Shown here piece by piece: positions 22,948-33,897 of a stretch of 64,000 bases of DNA. Made by a program: the position numbers and the translations under genes. The DNA comes from Octopus vulgaris (taxonomy: Eukaryota): contig OX597842.1 in NCBI GenBank assembly GCA_951406725.2, forward strand, positions 1,302,001 through 1,366,000. Direction: 5' to 3'. Under the pieces are notes generated by a model, which did no database searches, was not told the DNA's origin, and saw nothing but the letters and a program-made list of their open reading frames with translations. Position 1 is the stretch's first letter. Every line of letters begins with the position of its first letter.

Positions 22948-23345
22948 AATCACAACTTCGTTGGGCAGGATGTATCTTGTGCATTGATAAGAATCCAAAG
23001 TGGTTTTTGTATTGCCAGCTTGCAGAGGGTAAGAAAAATGTTGCAAGACCCTTTTTCCAGTTTAAGTCTAAACTGAAGAAAAAACCTCAAATGAGTGGTT
23101 GTCTCGATTGCATTCTTTGAAGAACTTGCCCAAGAGTGAGGCAAATGTAGAACAACCTGTTGTGAAGCTATTCAAAACTTTGGAAGTCAACGATTGATTC
23201 ATATTCAAAAAAAGAAAACTAGGGCAAAATGCAGAAATGCGACCCCAGAGGATGGTTGTAATGGTTTCATGTCCCGTCTTCAGTGTGGACAATTTTGCAA
23301 ATCCTCAGCAGGATTAAAGTCACATCAACAACACGAAAACAAGTA
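22948..23345 (+). pseudogene. Decayed RTE-clade LINE C-terminus
   Basis: QSQLRWAG..PKWFLYCQLAEGKKNVARP..FK then CGQFCKSSAGLKSHQ zinc-finger remnant. Confidence 0.7.
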
Positions 23346-23591
23346 ATAACAATTATACAAAGCCCCCAGGCCTTCATATGTTGAAATTGATAGGAGAATC
23401 TGTCATGCGTCTGTGTATGATCGGTAAATCTCCAAGTTTTTTTATTCTCTTTCTGTTTATTTTCTCTTATTTCTTTCTGTTGAAGAGCATACGCTCAAAA
23501 CGTAAAAGACTTTCTCACTTTCCCAAGTGTCAAACTAATACACCTGCTTGTCATTTATACACCTGTCATCTTTTGTTCTTCTGTAAATGTC

Positions 23592-23640
<49 letters not shown>

Positions 23641-23641
<1 letters not shown>

Positions 23642-24212
23642 CATGGTCATGTGCTGCGGATGGATGAAGAGAGATGTGTGAAGAAGTGCCACTCCCAAAC
23701 AGTTGAAGGTATCAGGGGGAGAGGTAGACCCAGGAAGACATGGGATGAGGTGGTCAAGCATGACCTCAGAGCATTGGGCCTCACTGAGGCAATGGCGAAG
23801 GACCGAGATCTCTGGAGATATGCTGTGACTACAAAGACCCGGGCTGCTTTCTGCAGCAATTCCACATACCCCCTACCCATTCTAAGTACCCCGGATCCCC
23901 AAAGTACCCTGGATCCCCAAAGTACCCCGATCCCCAAAGTACCCCGGACCTCGTTGCCGCTGACACGTTAAAATGCTCGAACCGATAGTGACCGATGCCG
24001 GACCCTCCGGCCCCTGTGCAGGTGGCACGTAAAAAGCACCCAATCCACTCACGGAGTGGTTGGCGTTAGGAAGGGCATCCAGCCGTAGAAACTCTGCCAG
24101 ATTCAGACTGGAGCCTGGAGCGGCCCCTGGCTTCCCAGACCCGGTCGAACCGTCCAACTCGTGCTAGCGCGGAAAGCGGACGTTAAACGATGATGATGAT
24201 GATGATGATGAT
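23641..24212 (+). mobile_element. 5'-truncated RTE/BovB-like LINE (ORF end, 3' UTR, (GAT)n tail)
   Basis: GHVLRMDEERCVKK..VEGIRGRGRPRKTWDEVVKHDL..AKDRDLWR typical RTE C-terminus; 3' UTR resembles family C; small ~19-bp x4 repeat at 23883-23948. Confidence 0.88.
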
Positions 24213-24495
24213 GATATAAGTTTAAATAATCAGAAAATGGAGAAAACTTTTGATCAACAAACAAACAAATTGGGCCACATTTGTAGATTATTTTTGAATA
24301 CAAAACATGACACAACATTTCTTACAGACGTTTATGCTTTCAATGCCCCTCAGTGCTTATCTTGCCTTCTATATATATATATATGAGACAAAATGGAATA
24401 ACAAAGCCAAGGCAGCGAGTAGTTTTCAGGACATTTATAAGGAAAAAAATATAGATGTGGACTTACAGCTGTTTCTGGGATATTATAGATATCCC

Positions 24496-24539
<44 letters not shown>

Positions 24540-24552
24540 TATATGTATATAT

Positions 24553-24861
24553 ATATATACCAATTAAGGACTGAACACGAAAAGTGGACAGTCAACATGC
24601 TAGATATAGACGTCAAATCGCCATTCACCACAAAAGATTATGTTCTCAGATCAAACTCAACACAAAACACAAAACACAAAATTTGAGAACATAATCTTTT
24701 GTGGTGAATGACATTTGACATCTATATCTAGCATGTTGACTGTCCACTTTTCGTGTTCAGTCCTTAATTGGTATATATAAATATTTTAATCTTCGGATTC
24801 TTTCTTTAATATGCTAGACCACTGGTCTTAATTGATAAATATCAATTTCTACCCTTAATTA

Positions 24862-24868
<7 letters not shown>
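24553..24868. mobile_element. Foldback element (inverted arms ~95 bp plus one-sided tail) in (AT)n; Penelope-like pLTR structure
   Basis: 24553-24648 is the reverse complement of 24684-24779; related sequence at 13835-13920. Confidence 0.65.
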
Positions 24869-24948
<80 letters not shown>

Positions 24949-24949
24949 C

Positions 24950-25335
24950 TTTTATCTTTTACTTGTTTCAGTCATTTGACTGCGGCCATGCTGGAGCACC
25001 GCCTTTTAGTCGAACAAATCGACCCCGGGACTTATTCTTTGTAAGCCCAGTACTTATTCTATCGGTCTCATTTTGCCAAACCGCTAAGTGACGGGGACAT
25101 AAACACACCAGCATCGGTTGTCAAGCAATGCTAGGGGGACAAACACAGACACACAAACATACACACACACATACATATATATACATATATACGACAGACT
25201 ACTTTCAGTTTCCGTCTACCAAATCCACTCACAAGGCATTGGTCGGCCCGAGGCTATGGTAAAAGACACTTGCCCAAGGTGCCGCGCAATGGGACTGAAC
25301 CCGGAACCATGTGGTTGGTTAGCAAGCTACTTACC
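24950..25335 (-). mobile_element. SINE family A, full length
   Basis: Complete tail, body and head. Confidence 0.93.
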
Positions 25336-25796
25336 ACACAGCCACTCCTGCACCTATATATAAATATATATTGTGTGTGTATATATATACACATACACAC
25401 ACGCACATATATATATATAAATTTGCTTGTGCATGTGTAAGCTTGTGTGTCTACATACCGATATATACACACCTCATCCGTACACACACAAATATACACA
25501 CATCTCCGTACATCTGAGAGGTACGTATGTAAATAACAATTCGTGATTAAATCTTTTTATAAATGCATTTCGACGGAGAAATTAGTTTTGTGTCTGAAAC
25601 CATTATGGCGTGGATGTGGCAGTGGTGGCGATGGTGGTGGTGGTGTGTACGATGAAAGAAATTGATGGACGAGATAGTGGTGGTGGTGGTGGTGGTGGTG
25701 GGGAGACCTATTTAGTGTTGGTGGAAGGGCGGGGCAGGAGGTTTGCTTTCGGAAACAGGAGGCGGGTTAAGAATGTGTGTGAGTAATTGTATGTCT

Positions 25797-25830
<34 letters not shown>

Positions 25831-25993
25831 TGGTGATATATCAGGGATGGGGCAGAGGTGAATAGGACAGAAGTGCCTTCTCTGTTGGAGGGTTGTCTAC
25901 AAGAGAGAGAGAGAGAGAGGAAGATATATGTGTTTGTGTATATATATACATACACATATATACATACATATATATATATATATATACACATAC

Positions 25994-26066
<73 letters not shown>

Positions 26067-26123
26067 CGCACATACATATATATATATATATACATACATA
26101 TATACATGTACACACACACGCAC

Positions 26124-26156
<33 letters not shown>

Positions 26157-26299
26157 TTTATACATATATTGATATATGTATATTTATAAATGTATATGTG
26201 TAGATACATACATATATACACATATATACCCATATCTATATATGTGTATGCACACATGCACACACATAAGAACAAAGCTTAATTATTGAGAGGGATAGG

Positions 26300-27511
26300 A
26301 GAGATAATATGTGGAAACAAGTTGTGGAGATAGCAAGGTCAAGTGAAGGATTGTAGCCCCTCCCCCTTTCTCATCAGCTCCAGAGAGAAATGAGAGAGTG
26401 AGTTAGCTACAAGTGGAGAAATGGTTTAGGACCTGACATAGAGAGAGGAGAAAGATAGAACAAGAGAGAAAGGGGGAAATAGAAGGAGAGGGAGAAAGCA
26501 GAGAGAGAGGGAGGCAGATAGAGTTACTGAGAGAGTGTGGGAGGGGAAACATGTTGAAACAAAAGATGTAGGATCGTGTGGGACAATTTAAGGATGTGGG
26601 TTGATGTAGGAGAGATAGCTACAAGTGTCCTTTGGGGGAACATAGAGATTGATAGGGAGAGGGAGAAAGAGAAGTAGAGAGAGATTAATTAGTGAGAGAG
26701 AGGGAAAGAGAAAGAGATTAGTTAGTGAGATGGAGTAGGAGAGAGATAGCTACAAGTGTTATTTGACAGAGAGAATGAGAGAATAAGGGGGGGAGCTGGC
26801 AAAAACATTAGCATGCCGGGCGAATTGCTTAGCGGTATTTCGTCTGCCGTTATGTTCTAAGTTCAAATTCCACCTAGGTCGACTTTGCCTTTCATCATTT
26901 CAGGGTCAATAAATAAAGTACCAGTTACGCATTGGGGTCGATATAATCGATTTAATTCATCTGTCTGTCCTATTTGTCTCCTCTGTATTTAGCCCCTTGT
27001 GGGTAGTAAAGAAATAGGTATTTCATCTGTCTTTATGTTTTGAGTTCAAATTATACAGAGGTCAACTTTGCCTTTCATCCTTTCGGGGTCAATAAATTAA
27101 GTACAAGTTACGCACTGGGGTCGATGTAATCGACTTCATCCCTTTGTTTGTCCCCTCTATGTTTAGCCCCTTGTGGGTAGGAAAGAAATAAGAATGAGAG
27201 ACAGTGAGAGGGAGAGGGATTAGTGAGAGAGAGAGAGAGGAATGGATTAGTTTGTGAGAGAAAGTAGGAGAGAGATAGCTACAAGTGTTCTTTGAGGAAA
27301 CAGAGAGAGTGAGAGAGAGGGAGAGAAGGGGAGAGAGAGTGAGGGAGAGAGAAAGAGGGAGAGACAGAGATTAGTTACGGAGAGAGAGTGGGACTGAAAA
27401 GATAGCGGAATAAAAGAAAGAAATGTTGAGTGGGGACCCAAGAGGAAAGGGGAGGGGAATACCCACAAGTGTTCTTTGGGGAAGGAGAGTCATGGAAAGA
27501 GAGAGAGAAAA

Positions 27512-27542
<31 letters not shown>

Positions 27543-28620
27543 ATAGGGTCTTTGTTTCTGAGGGAGAATAGGATTGGAGAAGTGGAAAGGAAAGAAAGAG
27601 ATAAAAGGGTCAAGTGGAGAAATTGAGGGGTCTGAGAAGTAGGGGGAAGTTGGCTACAAGGGATTCCTTGGAGAAAACAGGCAGAGACAGGGAACTTTGC
27701 TTGTGGGGGAAAGAAGTGGTGACATGTGGAAGGAAACAAGCAGGGGAGATGAAGGGATCGAGCAGAGAAATTTAAGGTCCTGAAGGGAAAAAAGGGTAAC
27801 TCCAATTTTTCTATAATGAAGGGAAGTGTAGAAGGTGAGGGCATAATAATGAAAGGAAAGAGAGGACACTTTAGTTACTAGGGAAGAATGGGAAGGTAGT
27901 GTGTGTGGAAACAAGGGGTGGAAATGTAAGGGGTTGAGTGGAAAAATTTAGGGTCTTGAGAAAAAGCAGGAGGCAGATAGTTGCAAGTGTTTCCTGATAA
28001 AGAGATGTAGGGATTGGGGACATGCCAGAGAAAGAGGGGGAAGAGATAGAGTAAGGTGAAAAGCAGAGAAAGGGAGGGATTAGGATTAGGGTTAAGCAGA
28101 GATAAAAGAAAGGAGAGGGGAAAGGGTAGAAGAGCGGTGGAGAGAGAAGAGAAAGAGAGAGAGCGGGCCAGGGAGAGAGAGAGCGAGTGCCAGGGAAAGA
28201 GAGAAAGGGCCAGGGAGAGAGAGGGCCAGAGAGAGAGGGCCTGGGAGAGAGAGAGAGAAAAGGGAGTTTAGTTGCTGCGTGCTGATAAATAGATATATAA
28301 GGTGGAGAAGGCCAGAGGCAGGAAACAAATTTAGGGATCAAATAGACGGTAGAGGGAGCTAGAAGTGTTCCTTAAGAAAGGAAGGAGATATAGAGTTAGG
28401 AATACGACAGTGAGAGACAGAAGTGACAGAAAGAGTAAGGGAGAGGGAATTTAGTTACTGAGGGGGAAGCAAGTGATGATATGTTGAAACAAGTGGGGTA
28501 GAGTTGGGTGGAGAAATTTTGGATGAAAGGAAGGGAGGAAGGAGAGGAGAGATAGCTATCAATGTTCTGTGGGGATGGTGATGTGTTTGGTGGTGGGAAG
28601 GATGGGTGTGAAGAATTAAG
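26300..28620. repeat. Purine-rich, highly degenerate tandem repeat region
   Basis: Motif (G)AGATAGCTACAAGTGT(T/C)C and variants at ~26403, 26613, 26743, 27273, 27463, 27651, 27976, 28356, 28549. Confidence 0.65.
26790..27192 (+). mobile_element. SINE family B with duplicated 3' part
   Basis: Same dimer layout as 8581-9001. Confidence 0.85.
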
Positions 28621-28759
28621 CTGTTGGGAGGGAATAGGAAGAGGGTGATAGAGAAGATAGATAGTGAGAGAGAGAGGAAGAGAAGGACAAAGTGAGAGAG
28701 AGAAGGAAAGATAGGCACAAGCAGATATAGATTGATATATATATGATGATAATGATTTT

Positions 28760-29060
28760 GTGGCACCTTGGGCAAGTGTCTTCTGCTATAGCCTTGGTCT
28801 GACCAGAACTTTGTGAGTGGATGTGGTAGATGGAAACTGAAAAAAGCATGTTGTGTATATATATATATGTTTGTCCCCCACCACCTTTGCTTGACAACAA
28901 ATGTGTGTGTGTTTACATCCCCGTAACTTAGCGGTTAGGCAAAAAGAGACCAATAGAATAAGTACTAGGCTTACAAAGAATAAGTCCTGGGGTTGATTTG
29001 TTCAACTAATAGTGGTGCTCCAGCATGATCGCAGTCTGATGACTGAAACAAGTAAAAGAA
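28760..29060 (+). mobile_element. SINE family A, 5'-truncated
   Basis: GTGGCACCTTGGGCAAGTGTC to GACTGAAACAAGTAAAAG. Confidence 0.85.
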
Positions 29061-29076
29061 TATAAACATATATATA

Positions 29077-29448
29077 TTTTACTTGTTTCAGTCACTAGAC
29101 TGTGGCCATGCTGGGGCGCCACTTTCTAGAACTTTTAGTCAAACGTATCAACACTAGCACTTGTTTTTAAAGCATGGTACTTATTCTATTGGTCTCTTTT
29201 GCTGAACTGCTAAGTTACAGGGACAAAAACACACCAACAGCAGTTGTCAAGCGATGTTGGGAAGACAAACACAGAAACAAACAGACACACACATATAGAC
29301 CACATTCAACGGGCTTCCTTCAGTTTCCATCTACCAAATCCACTCACAAGGCTTTAGTAGAAGACACTTGCCCAGGAATCTTGCATTAAGACTGAACTCA
29401 GAAACATGTGATTGGGAAGTAAGCTTCTTACCACTCACCCATGCGTCT
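29077..29448 (-). mobile_element. SINE family A, diverged, tail-to-tail with the previous copy
   Basis: TTTTACTTGTTTCAGTCA..GTAGAAGACACTTGCCCA..CTTCTTACCAC. Confidence 0.8.
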
Positions 29449-29450
29449 AT

Positions 29451-29493
<43 letters not shown>

Positions 29494-29595
29494 CAACAAT
29501 TGAGGTAAAATTAATTAATTATTAATCAATTTCACCAAGTGTTCAGTATGCAAAGGGACCATTTAAGCAATTCAAATTATTACATATATATAAAA

Positions 29596-29662
<67 letters not shown>

Positions 29663-29689
29663 CATATATAGATATGTATATGGTGTCAT

Positions 29690-29988
29690 GTAAAAAGCAC
29701 CATTTGAGCCTGATTGTTACCAGTGTCGCCTTACTGGCACTTGTGCTGGTGGCACGTGAAAAAAACATTCGAGCGAGGTTGTTGCCAGTGCCACTGGACT
29801 GGCCCTCGTGCCAGTGGCACATAAAAGCACCCACTACACTCTCAGAGTGGTTAGTGTTAGGAAGGGCATCCAGCTGTAGAAACTCTGCAAGATCAGATTG
29901 GAGCCTGGTGCAGCCAACTGGTTTGCCAGTCCTCAGTCAAATAGTCCAACCCATGCCAGCATGGAAAGCAGACATTAAACGATGATGA

Positions 29989-29992
<4 letters not shown>
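29690..29992 (+). mobile_element. Family C (RTE-type 3' end)
   Basis: GGTGGCACGTAAAA-type subrepeats, GTTAGGAAGGGCATCCAGCTGTAGAAAC, (GAT)n tail. Confidence 0.85.
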
Positions 29993-30038
<46 letters not shown>

Positions 30039-30092
30039 ATGGAGAGACAGACAGAGAGAAAGAAGTCAAAACACGCCTTCTTTCTCTCTCAT

Positions 30093-30123
<31 letters not shown>

Positions 30124-30291
30124 GTATGTATGCATATATATTTATACATATACATATATGCATAGATTTATGTATTTATGCATATAACATTATATATATG
30201 TACGTTTTTACACCTCACTGTTACTAATACTGACACAAACATATACATACATATAAGTGTGTGTGTATATATGTATATATATATATACACA

Positions 30292-30336
<45 letters not shown>

Positions 30337-30868
30337 ATATATATATATATGTATTCCAAGATAGCAATAGTGATACATAGAGAGAAAAGCCACATAGTAA
30401 CCAAAAACAGAGACATACAAACACACAGCACCATACGCAATACTCCCCCCATCTACTCATCGTATTAAGGCATGTACAGGCATTACATTTCACCAATAAA
30501 ATTTGCTTAAGGAGATTACGGCACCAAATCGATAGATTTGGCACAAGCAGAATACCATTGCTAAAGAACTTCCTACCAGAATAATGACGAACTTTGTAAA
30601 ATTCAATTTGTCTTTCTCTGCAATCTTATTAGTCAACATTTTACGGTGCTCGGATGGGATATTGGTTGAAGAGGAAGAGGGGAGAAGAGGCAGATACGAT
30701 GGGGCCGTTGGTGTAGGCTCTTTTTTTCTTTTTTTGGGGGTGTGGGTGAAGTGTGACAGGGGTTTTTTTTGTGTTTCTGTTTTAGATATCTGCTAATGGT
30801 TTTTTTCTTTTCAGGGTGAGGGCTGTTGTGTTGTTTTTTTGATTGTGTATATATGCTTGTGTGTGCAA

Positions 30869-30921
<53 letters not shown>

Positions 30922-32386
30922 CGCACAGATATATATATATGGATGTGTATGTTTAGATATTACTATTGCATACATGTTCATACATATATACATAAATTGT
31001 ATATACATGTGTATGTATAGATAGATAAACAGATATATACATACATATTTGCATACTTATAGATTCATAAGTATGTATATAAAATGTATATCTATATATG
31101 TATATATACATATGTATATACATAGATATGTATATATACGTATGTCATATATATATATATATATATATATATACATGCATATATATGTACTTACACACAA
31201 TCATAAATATATATATATATATATCCATACATATGGGTGTATATATATATTGTTGTATGCATGTATACATTCATACACACATGAACATATATATTTTTTG
31301 CATACAAGTTTATTTGTATTTATATATATGTTTGCATGAACAAAAATATGTATATAATATTTGTGAGCATATATACATACATGTGTATATATAAATATAT
31401 ATATATATATTTATATATGTATATTTATATATGTATATATATATATATTGTGGTGTCGGGGGGGGGGGTCTGCATAAGGGGAGAGAATTCGTTTAATTTC
31501 TTTTTTATCTAATTTGGGTCTGTGATACCTTCTCTTCTTCTTCTTTTTCTGATGATGATGATAGTTGTGGTGGTGATGTTTGGCAGGGAGTGGGGTCCTT
31601 TCCTTCCCTTCCTTTATTCTCAATGAAATAATTTCATAGAAAATGTATTTTTCCATGCTATAATTGGCCCTCTTTGTTTTTCACTATAGCTTTTGTGTTC
31701 TCCATTTTGTCATCTTTTCGTTTTTTTGGCAGCCATTTTTTTTCTTGCTTTTCCCTCTTTTTTTGCTGCATATTATATTTTTTTTATGTATAATTTCGTA
31801 TTTTTTGCTGGTTTTGGTTGTCATTGTTGTTCTAGAAGTAATTGTTGTTGTCACTGTTGCTTTTATTCTTGTTGACATTGTTGCTGTAACTATTGTTGTT
31901 GTTGTTGTTGTAGTTGCTGTCGTTTTGTTGTTGATGTTGTTTTCTTGTTGCTGTTATTCTGACAACACAGAAGCTCCCACACTGCTAAGTACGGCCCCTA
32001 TTTTAAAGAGACAAAGCAGTTTACTTAGTGAGAGATTTGGCTGTTATATTCGGTAAGGTCAAGTACATCCGTTGAAACACAATCGGTGACTAAAGTGGTC
32101 CCTATTTTAAGGACGGAGGAAGAGTTTGTAGAGTGAAGTTTTGTCTGATTACCTTTACCAACAGATCAAACATCTTGATGATGATCATCATCATCTTCAT
32201 CACCATCATCATCATTATTACTATCATCACCATTAACATCATCATCCTCATCATTACCATCACCATTATTACCATCATCATTATTATAACCATCATCACC
32301 ACTATCAACATCACTATCATACTAATCACCATCACCACCACCACTACCATCACGATCATCATCATCACAGTCATCATAATCATCAT

Positions 32387-32665
32387 CATTATTTAACGTC
32401 TGCTTTCCATGCTAGCATGGGTTGGATGATTTGACTGAGGTCTGGCGAACCAGATGGCTGCACCAGGCTCCAGTCTACAGCTGGATGCCCTTCCTAACGC
32501 GAACCACTCCGAGAGTGTAGAGGGTGCTTTTACATGACACCAGCACGAGGGCCAGTCAGGCGGTTCTGGCAACGGCTATGCTCAACTGGTGCTTTTTGTG
32601 TGCCACCTGCACGGGAGCCAGTCCAGCGGCACTGGCAACGTCCATGCTCGAATGTTTTTTCACGT
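32387..32665 (-). mobile_element. Family C (RTE-type 3' end)
   Basis: TTTAACGTCTGCTTTCCATGCTAGCATGGGTTGGA..CTGGATGCCCTTCCTAACGC. Confidence 0.85.
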
Positions 32666-33628
32666 TTTGCTTGTTATTCATATAAACAGTGTACATTTAA
32701 ACACATAAGAGATGGCCATAATACACACACCTAGGTGTGGGTGTCTTTGTCTCTGTGTTTGTCCCACCACCACCACCACTACCCAACAGTCAGTGTATGC
32801 ATGTGTGTGTATTGGTAAACCAAAGACCAAAATATCACTTCCACAGTCGAAGGAAATGTAAGAACATGATGGATGTGAACCTGACTTCCTTCTTGAACAG
32901 TCAACAACCAAACACACACCCGCCCCTAAACACAAAGCCATACCGGCCTTCCATCCACCCCAATCTACCAAACCCCATTCCATACTTTCCCCACGTCCCA
33001 ATCTCATGCTTCTTGCTAGACATGTCAGAATTATACCAAGACGAAAACAAAATTTACCATTTTCATGGAAGAGACAATCACGAACTCAAAAGTTTACGGC
33101 GATCATTTTTGTATCATATTTTTTTTACATTCTTTTGGTAGATGTTGTTATTGTATTGTGACTAAGTGTGATTTTTTTAATTTAAATTTTAATTCTACTG
33201 AAATTTGATGAAGATTTTTTTACTTTTTATAATTTTTTTTGGTTTTGCAAATTTAACGAGCTAAATGGAACATGTGTTTATTGCATAAAAACAAAAATAA
33301 TTAACAAAAAAATTAAATTAAATAAAATCAAAAAAATGCTAACGAGCATACATTCAACTCTGCTCAGACACGAACAGAAGCAAAGTATGGTAAATATTCT
33401 CTCTTTTATATTTTACTTGTTTCAATCATTAGACTGTGGCCATACTGGAGCACTGCATTGACAGATTTTAATCAAACATATCAATCTCAGTACTTTTTTT
33501 AAAAAGTTTATTGGTCTCTTTGGAAGTACTGCTAAGCTACAGGAACATAAACAAACTGACACTGGTCATCAAGTGGTGGTGATGGTGGGGACAAACATAA
33601 ACATAAACCCATACATCCATATCTCTCC

Positions 33629-33667
<39 letters not shown>

Positions 33668-33759
33668 AATATGATGGTATGCAGGTTGAATGAAGGCTAG
33701 TGTATTGTTTGTTTATGAATTCTTCAAATGCGAGCTTTCTTTTCAGGTACGTGAAGCTA

Positions 33760-33897
33760 CTGTCCCCTGTCCCAGGGTCTCACAGGCCCGTACCTCCCAC
33801 ACCTTCAGGGTTGGCACTCTCAACGTTGGCATACGGAAAAGTAGGTCTGGTGAGATTATTGAGATGCTTGAATGGAGATGTATTGATATGCACTGCA
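33760..33897 (+). pseudogene. RTE LINE apurinic-endonuclease N-terminal fragment
   Basis: FRVGTLNVGIRKSRSGEIIEMLEWRCIDMHCI resembles the APE start of RTE elements (RVGTLNVGT..GR..E....L.RR.VD..C.QE); cut by the satellite just before QE. Confidence 0.75.

Noticed and set aside
23378-23971. 197-aa ORF as a host gene
   Set aside because: Chance read-through of a PLE-like insert, (AT)n and an RTE C-terminus
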